DNA of 64,000 nucleotides from Chlorobiales bacterium. GTDB taxonomy: Bacteria; Bacteroidota; Chlorobiia; Chlorobiales; Chlorobiaceae. The stretch is taken from assembly GCA_026390855.1 (NCBI GenBank), contig JAPLFE010000047.1, positions 10,599 to 74,598 on the forward strand, given 5' to 3'. A program made the translations under genes and the position numbers. The notes below the pieces were generated by a model. That model was not told the DNA's origin. It searched no databases and was given only the letters and a program-made list of their open reading frames with translations. Below are positions 29,747 to 40,221 of the stretch, piece after piece; the stretch's first letter is position 1, and each line of letters starts with the position of its first letter.

Positions 29747-32299
29747 TCAAAGTTTTCGTTTTTTCTCAACGATTTTATAGGCCTCAACAATGTCTCCAAC
29801 CTTGATATCATCATAGTTCTTAAGGCTCATACCACACTCATAACCGGCATCAACCTCCTTGACATCGTCCTTGAATCGTCTGAGCGCAGCAAGCTGTCCT
29901 TCGTAAATCTGCACACCATCACGCAGCAGGCGAACCTTGGAATCACGGAAAACCTTGCCTTCAAGCACATAACATCCGCCAACATTACCGATTTTCGGCA
30001 CCTTAAAGACCTGACGAACCTCAAGCGATCCCAGGCTCTCCTCATGGAGTTCTGGCGAAAGCATTCCTTCAAGCGCTTTCTCGACATCCTCAAGCACATG
30101 ATAGATGACACTGTAAAAGCGAACATCAAGATCTTCTTTTTCAGCCAGCTTTTTAGCATTGACGTTTGGCCGTACCCTGAACCCGATAATAATGGCATCA
30201 GAAGCAGCAGCCAGCAACACGTCGGTTTCCGTAATCTGCCCAACACCCTGGTGAATGATCTGTACCTTGACCTCATCATTCTGAATCTTCATGAGCCCGT
30301 CAGCCAATGCCTGAATGGACCCGTCTGTATCCGCCTTGATAATAACACTCAGCTCTTTCATCAACCCCTCCTTGATCTGGCGGGCAATACTGTCAAGCTT
30401 GACACGCGTACTACGGCGGAAGTCGTGCTCACGACGGATAACCTGCCGCTTCTGCGCCAAGTCACGAGCATCCCTGTCCGTCGACATAACCGTCAACACA
30501 TCGCTCGACTGCGGCAGATCCTCAAACCCAAGCACCCTGACCGGCTGCGAAGGGTTGGCAAAAAGAATTCTCTTACCCCTTTCATCCATAAGAGCGCGAA
30601 CCTTGCCCATAGTATTTCCGGCAACAAAAGGATCCCCGACCTTCAGAATTCCACGCTGAACAAGCACTGTAGAAATAACACCCTTGCCCTTATCAAGTTC
30701 AGATTCAACAATAATACCACTGGCATTGATCTCTCTGGAGTAGTTACCCTTAAGCTCACGCATTTCAGCCTCAGTCAGCACTTTTTCCATGAGCTCAGCA
30801 ATACCGATACCCTTCTTAGCCGATATCTCCTGACACTCACCAGCAACAACCTTACTGCTTCGGATATAATCCAGCAATGAAGTCTTACCGTGATCAACAT
30901 GTCCCATGATGGTGACAACTGGAGGACGAGTCTGTAAATCATCTTCCGCATCCTCTTCTGCAACAACAGCCGTTGCCTCAACTTCTGAAATAAATTCAGC
31001 CTCAAAGCCAAACTCAAGCGCAATCAGTTCAATCGATTCCTTATCGAGCCTCTGATTGATAGTGACAAACTTGCCAAGCGCAAAACACTTTTGAATAATT
31101 TCCTTGGCAGTGATCCCCATAAGCTCCGCAAGCTCATGCGGCGAAGCATATTCGGTAACCCTCACCATCATCCGCTGAGCCTCACGCAAAGCTTCATCCT
31201 CTTCATGCTCACGCTCACGCTCGTTTCGGCGCATCTTTCGGAATTTCTGTCGTGATCCAGTACTGCTACGTTCCTCTATGCCACTGATGGTTTTCTGAAT
31301 ATTCGCCGAAATGACCTTGTCATCAACCTCAGGCTTCTTTTTCTTCTTGCCTTTCTTCTTTTTTATACCCGAACCCTCACCAGCAACCACCGGCTTCGGC
31401 TTAACTTCAGTGGCAACCTTGGCAGGCTTCTTTGCCGTAACAACTTTCTCCTCTACCTTCACTTCCTCCGTTACCTTCGGCTCAAACTCATCCTTCAAAG
31501 CATCAGCCTGTTCCTTGAAATTCTTTTTCCGGTTTTTCTTATGCCTTCCGGCATGAATATCAAGAGTACCAAGCACCGTAAGACCACCCATCATCTGCGG
31601 AGCATCAAACGAAACAAGATGCTCATTAACTGTCGGCTCCTCTCTTTGAGGCGCCGGGGCAGGAATTGGTTCAGGTTCAGATTCAGGCAATGCAACAAGC
31701 TCAATCGGTTCAACAGGTTCAGCGACTGCAATGATTTCAGGAACTTCCACAATATCAGGAACCACAGGAAGATCTGGAACCTCATGAATCACCACAACTT
31801 CAGGCACTTCAAGAACTTCAGCGACTATAGGAGCAACCGGAACTTCCGGTTCCACGGCAACATCGAACACCTGATCTTTAACTGTAGTATCCTGCACAGC
31901 ATCATTTTTTACTTCAGCAGCAACTGCCGGAACAGGAGCTAACACTGGAGCAGGCGCTGGCGCAGGAACTGGGGCCAGAATCGGAGTTGGAGCAGGCGGA
32001 GGGCTGAGAGTTTCACTGAGATGCTTCTCTTTTTCATACGTTTTCCGTGACTGTTCCTCAAGTCTCGACAAACGCTTCTCTTTCTCCGCTCTTATTTTTT
32101 TAGTCTCATCGACCATTTTCTTTTCAACGCTGAAATGACCAAATATCTGGTCATGTATCTCTTCGTTTACCATAGAGGATGTAGAGGCCACCTTGCCCCC
32201 TTCCTTTTTGACAAAAAGTAATACTTCCTGCGGACTCACCTGCAGTTCTCTTGCTATATCACTTATTCGATATTTCTTTTCCATGTCCTCAAGGGCCAT
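29747..32299 (-). CDS. infB: Translation initiation factor IF-2, as assembled lacking most of the GTPase domain
   Basis: GAGGAGG RBS before ATG at 32299; RPPVVTIMGHVDHGKT (G1) and C-terminal domains present, but VVAGE joins directly to CQEISAK at 30835/30836 (no GGITQH, DTPGH or NKxD). Confidence 0.92.
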   Translation of the reverse strand: MALEDMEKKYRISDIARELQVSPQEVLLFVKKEGGKVASTSSMVNEEIHDQIFGHFSVEKKMVDETKKIRAEKEKRLSRLEEQSRKTYEKEKHLSETLSPPPAPTPILAPVPAPAPAPVLAPVPAVAAEVKNDAVQDTTVKDQVFDVAVEPEVPVAPIVAEVLEVPEVVVIHEVPDLPVVPDIVEVPEIIAVAEPVEPIELVALPESEPEPIPAPAPQREEPTVNEHLVSFDAPQMMGGLTVLGTLDIHAGRHKKNRKKNFKEQADALKDEFEPKVTEEVKVEEKVVTAKKPAKVATEVKPKPVVAGEGSGIKKKKGKKKKKPEVDDKVISANIQKTISGIEERSSTGSRQKFRKMRRNEREREHEEDEALREAQRMMVRVTEYASPHELAELMGITAKEIIQKCFALGKFVTINQRLDKESIELIALEFGFEAEFISEVEATAVVAEEDAEDDLQTRPPVVTIMGHVDHGKTSLLDYIRSSKVVAGECQEISAKKGIGIAELMEKVLTEAEMRELKGNYSREINASGIIVESELDKGKGVISTVLVQRGILKVGDPFVAGNTMGKVRALMDERGKRILFANPSQPVRVLGFEDLPQSSDVLTVMSTDRDARDLAQKRQVIRREHDFRRSTRVKLDSIARQIKEGLMKELSVIIKADTDGSIQALADGLMKIQNDEVKVQIIHQGVGQITETDVLLAAASDAIIIGFRVRPNVNAKKLAEKEDLDVRFYSVIYHVLEDVEKALEGMLSPELHEESLGSLEVRQVFKVPKIGNVGGCYVLEGKVFRDSKVRLLRDGVQIYEGQLAALRRFKDDVKEVDAGYECGMSLKNYDDIKVGDIVEAYKIVEKKRKL

Positions 32300-32363
32300 T
32301 ACATCCTCCTCTGGATTTATAAACTCTTTACTCTGTATCCAATCTTCCCCTCTATGATGGTGT

Positions 32364-33908
32364 TTACTGGTTATCCACCACCACTTCCCCCGGCTCAGGC
32401 TCAGCATCATCATCAAAAAGACCCTGCAAATCCGATTCCGTAAACTGTTCCCTCACAGTTTTATAGATATTTTCAGCAATCTTCTTCCAATAACGCTTCT
32501 CTTCCTCGGTAACCTTTCGCTCCCGTGGTTTAACGTTAGTCTTATACGTTTTACCAAAAACAGTCTGTTCCTCAGGTTTTGTCGTACCAAGAAGAGCCTG
32601 CTCAATCTCATCAATTCCAGCTTTCAGCACTTTCTTAGCGGTATCAAAGCCACTGTCCAGAAGCTGATAAATCATATCATCACCAAACTCTTCACGGAAC
32701 GCTATGATATCAATGTCCGTAGGATCTTCTGTCGACTTATCAATCACATCACGATAAACATCGATTTCATACCCTGTAAGTTTCTCCGCCAAGTGGATAT
32801 TATTGCCATTCTTCCCGATAGCATACTTAATCTGATCAGGCTTAAGCATCACCCTCGCTTTCCGGGTTTTAATATCCGCATGAACCGTCAGAGGATCAAT
32901 TTTCGCAGGCTGCATCGCCCTCGAAATATAAATCTCCGGTTCATCAGCATAATAGATAACATCAATATTTTCGTTATTCAGCTCCTTCACAATACTCTGA
33001 ATACGCTTCCCTCTGTATCCTACGGTGGCGCCGACCGGATCAATCCTTGCACTGGTCGATTCAACCGCAACCTTTGCACGTTCACCCGGAACCCTCGCAA
33101 TAGCCTTAATTACAATAAGGCCATCCAGAATTTCCGGCACCTCATGTTCAAAAAGCTTATACAAAAACCTGTCATCAACCCTCGAAACAATAACCTTCAT
33201 GCCACCATCAGCTTTTTCCCGCTCAACAGTGCTGCCATCATCAAGCCGAATTTTAGCTTTCTCGCGCTCTATACGCTTCACATAAAGTTTCATCCTCGGT
33301 GTACGGCGGGGGTTATCCTTCTTCATCATCTCCGCCTTCGGCAAAACAAGTTCAACCCGGTGATCCTTCGTCGTGTTGTAAGTAAAAATAACCTCATTCG
33401 CACGAATCTGATAAACCTCACCAGCTACAACTTCCCCAACCTTTTCAAGACACTCTTCATAAACAACAAGACGCTCAAGATCACGGACTTTCTTCTGTAC
33501 AGACTGCTTTATTATCTGTATAGACTTACGGCTCAAGTAATCATCCAGCTTAATGGGCCCCTCTTCATAAAAATCGCCAATCTCAAGAGAGTCATCAATT
33601 TTCCTTACCTCATCCAGACTGATCTCAATGCTTTCAATATCTACTTCCTTGACAATCTTTTTCAGAATATAGACCTCAAAATCACCCCGTTCAGGGTTGA
33701 TGAAAATGTTCGATTCAACTTCAGGATCATAATCCTTTCTGAGCTGCTTCTGAATAATATCTTTAAGAAGGTCGGCAATATCCATTTTAACAGCCGCACT
33801 TTCAGTGCGCTTATCCAGAAAGATCTTGGACTGCTCGATTTCACCAAACGCGCTGGCAATCTGCAACCTCCTGTCCTGACCCTCATCTTTTATCTTCTTT
33901 CTGACCAT
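32364..33908 (-). CDS. nusA: Transcription termination factor NusA
   Basis: S1 and KH domains: ARVPGERAKVAV, DPVGATVGYRGKRIQSIVKELNNENIDVI, AIGKNGNN. Confidence 0.96.
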   Translation of the reverse strand: MVRKKIKDEGQDRRLQIASAFGEIEQSKIFLDKRTESAAVKMDIADLLKDIIQKQLRKDYDPEVESNIFINPERGDFEVYILKKIVKEVDIESIEISLDEVRKIDDSLEIGDFYEEGPIKLDDYLSRKSIQIIKQSVQKKVRDLERLVVYEECLEKVGEVVAGEVYQIRANEVIFTYNTTKDHRVELVLPKAEMMKKDNPRRTPRMKLYVKRIEREKAKIRLDDGSTVEREKADGGMKVIVSRVDDRFLYKLFEHEVPEILDGLIVIKAIARVPGERAKVAVESTSARIDPVGATVGYRGKRIQSIVKELNNENIDVIYYADEPEIYISRAMQPAKIDPLTVHADIKTRKARVMLKPDQIKYAIGKNGNNIHLAEKLTGYEIDVYRDVIDKSTEDPTDIDIIAFREEFGDDMIYQLLDSGFDTAKKVLKAGIDEIEQALLGTTKPEEQTVFGKTYKTNVKPRERKVTEEEKRYWKKIAENIYKTVREQFTESDLQGLFDDDAEPEPGEVVVDNQ

Positions 33909-33965
33909 CTCATTCTTGATTGTGCATTTTATAAAAGAAAATTTCCACGAACCCGAATAAACCTG

Positions 33966-34487
33966 CTATAATTCCGCCTCAGGAACCGCCCGGATTACCT
34001 GATCGAGATAAAGTGTGATACTTTCCATTTTAGGCTGATGCCCCTTCTTTTTATTTTTTTCCGGCATGATGACAATCCGAGGTCTTTCCTCTTCCAAATT
34101 CGGCACTTCCTGAAGATGTCCAATCAGTTCGACATCATGACCGCTTTCATCTCTATAAACAATGCTCATCAACTTCCCGGCATGCCTGATATACTGCCTC
34201 GGCAGCATTATGGCTTCCCCAAGTCCGGGAGACGACACAACAAGATCAAAATTCTCGCCAATCAGATCCAGAAGTTCATCATCACCTTCAATTCGCTCTC
34301 GAATCCTTCTACTGATATAAGCGCACTGATGAATGCGGATACCATCATCAGCATCAACCAGCACCTCTATTTTCCGGCTCTTCTCAGATCCTTTCACCGT
34401 AACATCAATAAAGTAAGCACCTTCACCCCGCGTACCTGTCGACTCTGCAATAATCTGGAGAACACAATTTTTGATGCGCTCTTGCAT
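33966..34487 (-). CDS. rimP: Ribosome maturation factor RimP
   Basis: VLVDADDGIRIHQCAYISR, LVVSSPGLG; first gene of the nusA-infB operon. Confidence 0.9.
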   Translation of the reverse strand: MQERIKNCVLQIIAESTGTRGEGAYFIDVTVKGSEKSRKIEVLVDADDGIRIHQCAYISRRIRERIEGDDELLDLIGENFDLVVSSPGLGEAIMLPRQYIRHAGKLMSIVYRDESGHDVELIGHLQEVPNLEEERPRIVIMPEKNKKKGHQPKMESITLYLDQVIRAVPEAEL

Positions 34488-34518
34488 TGAAACCCCGTAC
34501 AAACTTTTTTTTAGAAAA

Positions 34519-34541
34519 CAAAAAAGTGGGGAACCCCCACT
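34519..34541 (-). promoter_or_regulatory. rimP leader hairpin with U-tract (attenuator-like)
   Basis: Minus strand AGTGGGGGTTCCCCACTTTTTTG about 30 nt upstream of the rimP ATG. Confidence 0.55.
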
Positions 34542-34619
34542 CTCAGATAAGAATAATGCCACCCGGTCGTCAAATCAAGTACGCTAATGTACAAAAAAAC
34601 ATACCAACAGCAAACAACC

Positions 34620-34838
34620 TTATTTTCGCTCATTCCGCTCATTATCATTGAGATTACTTTCTATCACCTCATAATCAGCTTCCTCAATCTGCTTCCCTGA
34701 CGAAAACGATGGCGTAGAACTTCCAGAACGCCTTGCACTGCCAGTAGTAAAAAATCGCACTCCAATCCTCAAAACACGCACAACCATACGTATCACAAGA
34801 AAGCTAACAAAAACAAAAAGAATAAATTTCAGCATCAC
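34620..34838 (-). CDS. Small membrane-anchored hypothetical protein
   Basis: Hydrophobic N-terminal helix and C-terminal IEEADYEVI motif. Confidence 0.7.
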   Translation of the reverse strand: MMLKFILFVFVSFLVIRMVVRVLRIGVRFFTTGSARRSGSSTPSFSSGKQIEEADYEVIESNLNDNERNERK

Positions 34839-34861
34839 AAAAAAATATTATTCCACCCCCA

Positions 34862-35143
34862 TCATTCCTCAGCACTTTCTTTCTCAGTACTCAGTACTTT
34901 TTTAAAGAAACCGAGTAATCGCTTTTCATGAACCCTGTACTTGAACACCTGAACCCCATCAACAAAAACAACTGGAATTTTAAGTCCAAACCGAGCAAGC
35001 AGTTCCGGATTGTCAGAAATATCTATTTTTTCCAAGTCGAAGGGCACAACAGCGTTAACTTTCTGCAGAACCTCCATCGCCTCATCACATAAGCAGCACT
35101 CTACTTTACCATAAAGTATCACACGATGTCTTGTTATAGTCAT
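34862..35143 (-). CDS. Glutaredoxin-like protein (DUF836 type)
   Basis: ECCLCDEA CxxC, DISDNPEL...KIPVVFVDG. Confidence 0.8.
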   Translation of the reverse strand: MTITRHRVILYGKVECCLCDEAMEVLQKVNAVVPFDLEKIDISDNPELLARFGLKIPVVFVDGVQVFKYRVHEKRLLGFFKKVLSTEKESAEE

Positions 35144-35147
35144 AACA

Positions 35148-36440
35148 TTATAACTTATAGAACTCCTTCGCAGCCGGTTCACGCAGTATTTCCATCACCC
35201 CTTCAAGCGAAAGAGTGGTCTGCTCAGAAGTAACAAGATTTTTCAATGAATACAACCCCGTCTCAACCTCTGTTGTGCCAATAAAAAGCGCATACGACGC
35301 CCTTATCCTGTTTGCTTCCCTCATCTGCGCTTTCATACTCCTTGCCGCCAAATCAATATCAGTCATAATACCAGCCTTTCGCAACCGATAAGCAACCTGC
35401 AAGCCATTGTCCGCGAGCTCCTGACTTTGCACAACCACATACACAACCGGACCATGAGGGTTAAGCGCAGCAAAAAGCCCTTGTTTTTCCATCGTCATCA
35501 GCAACCTCTCCATACCCACAGCAAACCCAGACGCCGGCACCTCCGAAGAGCTGCCAAGCTCCCGCGCAAGACCATCATACCTTCCTCCGCCACCTATTGC
35601 ATCCTGGGCACCAAGCTCTGAACTGGTCACCTCAAAAGCAGTATAACAGTAATAATCAAGCCCACGGACCAGACGATGATCAATTTCATAAGCGATCCCC
35701 CGTTCTTCCAGGTAAAAAAGCACCTTTTCAAAATCCCGAACTGCCACCTCATGTAGATAATCGTACAACTTCGGAGCGCCAGCAACAATTTCCTGCACAG
35801 CCGGGTTTTTTGAATCAAGAATCCTGAGCGGGTTTTTTTCGAGCCTTTCTTTCGACGCCTCATCAAGCACACTGTGATAAGGAGCAAAATAACCCTGCAA
35901 CGCCTCCCTGTACCGAAGCCTATCAGCCGTATCACCAAGAGTATTAACCCTCAGCTTCAACCCATGAAGTCCAAGCGACTCAAAAACCTGCATCATCAGC
36001 GTCATAACCTCAGCCACAGCTGCAGGCGACGAAACCCCAATCAGCTCAGCCCCGAACTGTGAAAACTGACGCTGCCTGCCAGCCTGAGGCCTCTCCTTGC
36101 GAAACAACTCACTGATATAATAGAGCTTATGCACAGGAGCCAACGAAAGCAGATTCTTCTGAATTGCCGCTCTCATCACACCCGCAGTCATCTCCGGACG
36201 CAAAGTCAACGAACGCCCTTTCGGGTCAGGCTGAAAAGTAAACATCTCCTTCCCGACAATATCCGTTGTCGCACCTATACCTCTCTGAAAAAGCTCGGTA
36301 TACTCAAAAACCGGTGTACGTATCTCACTGAACCCATAAAGGGACGCAAGAGAATGCACAATTCCTTCAACATACTTCCATTGAGCAGCTTCTTCCGGGA
36401 AAATATCCCGCGTGCCCTTAACAGCCTGGTACTGCGACAT
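35148..36440 (-). CDS. hisS: Histidine--tRNA ligase
   Basis: [45 protein letters not shown]. Confidence 0.97.
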   Translation of the reverse strand: MSQYQAVKGTRDIFPEEAAQWKYVEGIVHSLASLYGFSEIRTPVFEYTELFQRGIGATTDIVGKEMFTFQPDPKGRSLTLRPEMTAGVMRAAIQKNLLSLAPVHKLYYISELFRKERPQAGRQRQFSQFGAELIGVSSPAAVAEVMTLMMQVFESLGLHGLKLRVNTLGDTADRLRYREALQGYFAPYHSVLDEASKERLEKNPLRILDSKNPAVQEIVAGAPKLYDYLHEVAVRDFEKVLFYLEERGIAYEIDHRLVRGLDYYCYTAFEVTSSELGAQDAIGGGGRYDGLARELGSSSEVPASGFAVGMERLLMTMEKQGLFAALNPHGPVVYVVVQSQELADNGLQVAYRLRKAGIMTDIDLAARSMKAQMREANRIRASYALFIGTTEVETGLYSLKNLVTSEQTTLSLEGVMEILREPAAKEFYKL

Positions 36441-36469
36441 AACAATAAAAATCCTCTACTGGTAAATAT

Positions 36470-36940
36470 TTATATTTGAGGTAAATCCTTTTCCTCCACC
36501 CTGAAAAGCTCAATAACCTCAGCAGGTGACGCACAAAAAAGCAACCTCTCACGAAAATCCTCCCGGCCAGCCAGTCTGGTAATGCGAGCAAGAAGCTTCA
36601 AATGTTCTGCAAGCATATCTTCAGGCGTTGCAAGAAGAAAAACAAAACGAACAGGCTCATTATCAAGAGAATCAAAATCCATAGCATTCCTGAGTGTAGC
36701 GAAAGCCATAACCGGCTCACTTACCCCTTCAGTTTTAGCATGAGGCAAAGCTATACTCTTGCCAATCCCGGTCGACATCTCCTCTTCACGATGAAGAACA
36801 TCCTCCCGAAGTTTGCTGCTGTCGCATACTCCAGTATGACCAGCAACAACAGAAAGCATTTTTTCAATAACCTGACTTTTGGAAGCCAGTTCAAGATTCA
36901 AAACAATATATTTTTCAGAAAGAAGGCCTTCAATTTTCAT
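36470..36940 (-). CDS. PTS EIIA domain protein (fructose/nitrogen type)
   Basis: REEEMSTGIGKSIALPHAK with the phosphorylatable His. Confidence 0.88.
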   Translation of the reverse strand: MKIEGLLSEKYIVLNLELASKSQVIEKMLSVVAGHTGVCDSSKLREDVLHREEEMSTGIGKSIALPHAKTEGVSEPVMAFATLRNAMDFDSLDNEPVRFVFLLATPEDMLAEHLKLLARITRLAGREDFRERLLFCASPAEVIELFRVEEKDLPQI

Positions 36941-37108
36941 TATTTCAACCTCTTGCGGTTAATATCTCTTGCCCATGGGAAAATGTCCCCAGAACCTGAA
37001 TTAAACGGATAATATAAAAAAACATTTATCCATACCGCCAGCACGGTTTTTCCCCCTGAAAAATGAATGCACGATAACAAAGCTGCGGGGAATACATCCC
37101 ATAGAGAT

Positions 37109-37930
37109 TCAAAGCCGAAACGAAATAAAATAGATAAACGGCGACACAAACATGATCGTATCAAACCTGTCAAGCACACCACCATGCCCAGGAATCAAAC
37201 CTGACGAATCCTTAACCCCGGCATCTCTCTTAAACATCGACTCAATAAGGTCTCCGGCAGGACTCGCTATCCCAATTAAAACTCCTGTCAAAAGCGCGGT
37301 CCTTAAAGGCAGTTGCGGCACAAAGCTCCCATACACCATTCCAGCAGCAATGCTTCCCGTAAGCCCGCACAAAAAGCCCTCCCATGTTTTATGAGGGCTC
37401 AGCCGTTCAAACAATTTGCGGTGAATAAATCGCCCCCCTAAAGTGCTCCCGCCGAAATACGCAAAAATATCAGCCGACCAGACACACAAAAACATCAGAA
37501 AAACAATCATTTCCCCTTTCCCATCAACCGCACCAAGTCGCAGCTTCAACAAAGCACCAAAAGAAAGATTAACATAGAGCAATCCAGGGAAGATTGCCCC
37601 CAGATTCAACAGAGGCGACCCCTCTTCCAAAAACAGCTCCATCACTAAAAGCGCAAGAACAACACCGAGCAAAAGCTCCCATACTTCAGCAAACGGTTTA
37701 TAAAAATTAACCTGAAACAACAGCGTTATCACGAGCACAATCCACAGTGCCGGCGGATGAGCCTTATGCAATGCAATCCGGTGAAACTCAAAAGCAGCTA
37801 AAAGCGCAAGTAAAGTGAAAAAGCAAAAAAACCAAACCCCACCCACCTTGATCAGCCAAAGCAGCAGAGGAATCCCCACAACACCCACAACAACCCTCTG
37901 CAATAAATTAACGCTCAAAAGCTTACCCAT
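37109..37930 (-). CDS. cdsA: Phosphatidate cytidylyltransferase
   Basis: DIFAYFGG, LSPHKTWEG, GDLIESMFKRDAGVKDSSGLIPGHGGVLDRFD. Confidence 0.95.
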   Translation of the reverse strand: MGKLLSVNLLQRVVVGVVGIPLLLWLIKVGGVWFFCFFTLLALLAAFEFHRIALHKAHPPALWIVLVITLLFQVNFYKPFAEVWELLLGVVLALLVMELFLEEGSPLLNLGAIFPGLLYVNLSFGALLKLRLGAVDGKGEMIVFLMFLCVWSADIFAYFGGSTLGGRFIHRKLFERLSPHKTWEGFLCGLTGSIAAGMVYGSFVPQLPLRTALLTGVLIGIASPAGDLIESMFKRDAGVKDSSGLIPGHGGVLDRFDTIMFVSPFIYFISFRL

Positions 37931-37965
37931 AAATCTCTTTTTAAACAGCTGATCAGCCTCATTAT

Positions 37966-38916
37966 CTAAACCTTATTACCCGCCATATCCGCTGGAGACA
38001 AACCAGCCAAAAGCCGCAAAACAACCAGCACAAACAACCCCAGGCTCACCCCGACCACCGGCCACCACCATACTGCAGTAACCAAAGACTCCGGTTGCAC
38101 ACCCCCACCCCCGCTATCTGTAACCAAAAGAAGAAGGAGAGCAGCTAAATTATTAACAAAATGCACAAAAACAGGCACTCCCAAATGACCTGTTTTACTA
38201 TAAATATAGCCAATATACCACCCAAGCAAAGCCAGGGGAACAAGATTTGCCGCACTCATATGAAAAAAAGCAAAAATACATCCAGTCAACAGGACAGCCC
38301 CCCCCGACGACATGGACCGGCTATAATTCTTCTGGATATACCCCCTGAAAAGCAACTCTTCACAAACAGCAGGTGTAACAGCAAGGACAAAAGCCACAAA
38401 AAAAAACTCCGGCACCGAACGTACCAATGCAATCTCCTTCATGAACGAGTCCATCACATCCCGCTGACGAACCACTTCAGCCCCAGCTTCACCAAGAGCT
38501 GGCCAGAGATACAAATCCTGCAAAGCAGTGATGGTATACAACAACGGCTGAAGAAGAAAAATACCACAAACCGCCCATCCGGCGGCACCGATATCAAAAT
38601 CCCTCCGTACCCCTAAAAAAGCAAGACTCTCCCGCGAAAATGGATTTTTTCTGCCCGTATGCAACGCAGCAAGCAAAAGAACAGGCAGCGCAAGCACACA
38701 TATCTGTCCAACAGCCTGAATAATACGTATGGAAGGGAGCATACTCCTGTCGATATGCAAAAATGAAACACTTGCCGACGCGCCCCCTTGAACAAGAACA
38801 AAAAGCAACGTACCGGCAAGAGGATAAACCACCATAACACCAATCAAAAACAAGGTGTTGACTAAAAAAGAAGGTCGACTTGCCAAAAAAGAATGCGAAG
38901 AAGAAAATGTCTGCAT
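37966..38916 (-). CDS. CPBP family intramembrane metalloprotease
   Basis: EELLFRG, FAFFH and VHFVNN motifs in a multi-TM protein. Confidence 0.9.
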   Translation of the reverse strand: MQTFSSSHSFLASRPSFLVNTLFLIGVMVVYPLAGTLLFVLVQGGASASVSFLHIDRSMLPSIRIIQAVGQICVLALPVLLLAALHTGRKNPFSRESLAFLGVRRDFDIGAAGWAVCGIFLLQPLLYTITALQDLYLWPALGEAGAEVVRQRDVMDSFMKEIALVRSVPEFFFVAFVLAVTPAVCEELLFRGYIQKNYSRSMSSGGAVLLTGCIFAFFHMSAANLVPLALLGWYIGYIYSKTGHLGVPVFVHFVNNLAALLLLLVTDSGGGGVQPESLVTAVWWWPVVGVSLGLFVLVVLRLLAGLSPADMAGNKV

Positions 38917-39128
38917 TGAATCGTATATCCGGTTACAATGAATCCCTGAGAATGTGATACTTTATCATTTTGAAATCTTGAGCCCCTGATGTTTTTTATT
39001 TTTCCTTTTATTTTTCATTCAACGCATAGGTATAGAGGCCGGAAAAGTAACAAGCTAGGAACTACCACAGAGTACAAACACTCGATTATGGTTCCCGTAA
39101 CATTCCAGTAACAGCTAAAGGACTACGA

Positions 39129-40211
39129 ATGAATATCATGATATTTGACGCAACACCGCACTGGTCCGGCGGTGCCAACAGAATTTTATTATACAGCAAA
39201 GAGCTTCAAAAACGGGGCCATAAAATAACCGTATGCTGTTTACCGAAGAGCGGCCTTTCAATCCGTCTCCCTGAACAAAACATCCCGTGTTATACAATTA
39301 ATCCAAAGTCCGACACCAACATCCTTATCATACCAAAACTCATACAGCTTATTGTACAAAACAACATTGACGTTATAGAAATCTGTTCTCCCAAATTTTA
39401 TTGGGTTGCATCACTGGCTGGCAGATTAACCAATAAAAAAGTTATTCTCACCCGTAATGTCCCCTACCGCAAAAAAGGGCTCAAAAAATACATCAACACA
39501 ATGCTCTACAATAAACTTGTAGACAGGGTTGTTGCCGTTTCCGATAAAATTAAACGCGAACTCAAAGAAGATTTTAATATCCCTGACAAGAAAATCACAG
39601 TTATCTACGATGGAATAGAACTCCTCCGGTTCAGCAATCAGGCAACACATAACGACGTTAAGCCTCAGCAATTCGTAGTAGCAGTAATAAGCCGTCTTGA
39701 CGAACATAAAGGGCTCGAATGTTTTATAAACGCCATACCAGAAATACTTCAAAAAATCAGCCCCATCCTTTTTATGATCGTCGGAACAGGCAGTATTGAA
39801 CAAAAACTCAAAGAACAGACAAAAAAACTCAACCTGTCGGATTCAGTGATTTTTACCGGCTTTAGAACCGACATCCCTGAAATACTCTCCCGAGTTGACA
39901 TAACCATCATGCCATCACCCGAAGAAGGCATGTCAATGAGCGCTCTGGAATCCATGGCATCCGCTAAACCCGTAGTCGCAACATCCGGCAGTGGACTGGC
40001 CGATATCATAACCAATAACCAATCAGGCATCATTGTGATGCCCGACAACAGTCACCAACTTGCCGAAGGCGTCATTACATTATTACAATCTGATTATAAG
40101 CAAGTAGGCAGAGAAGCCAGAAAAATTATAGAAAAAAACTTTGCGCTCCATCATGTCGTAACCCAATACGAGTCCGTAGTAAAAAACTTAACGACGCAAA
40201 ACCACCTCTGA
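39129..40211 (+). CDS. Glycosyltransferase family 4
   Basis: GGA N-terminal motif, GIE, SRLDEHKG, EEGMSMSALESMASAKPVV. Confidence 0.88.
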   Translation: MNIMIFDATPHWSGGANRILLYSKELQKRGHKITVCCLPKSGLSIRLPEQNIPCYTINPKSDTNILIIPKLIQLIVQNNIDVIEICSPKFYWVASLAGRLTNKKVILTRNVPYRKKGLKKYINTMLYNKLVDRVVAVSDKIKRELKEDFNIPDKKITVIYDGIELLRFSNQATHNDVKPQQFVVAVISRLDEHKGLECFINAIPEILQKISPILFMIVGTGSIEQKLKEQTKKLNLSDSVIFTGFRTDIPEILSRVDITIMPSPEEGMSMSALESMASAKPVVATSGSGLADIITNNQSGIIVMPDNSHQLAEGVITLLQSDYKQVGREARKIIEKNFALHHVVTQYESVVKNLTTQNHL

Positions 40212-40221
40212 TCAAAGCGAT

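Noticed and set aside
29666-30880. 404-aa plus-strand ORF
   Set aside because: Exact antisense shadow of infB with no recognisable motifs; long antisense frames are expected opposite codon-biased core genes.
31640-32010. Pro/Ala/Val/Glu-rich low-complexity stretch in IF-2
   Set aside because: The IF-2 N-terminal linker is normally variable and low-complexity.
32793-33971. 392-aa plus-strand ORF
   Set aside because: Antisense shadow of nusA; no protein-like features.
36940-37185. 81-aa ORF between cdsA and the PTS IIA gene
   Set aside because: Overlaps the cdsA 3' end, no motifs; probably intergenic read-through.
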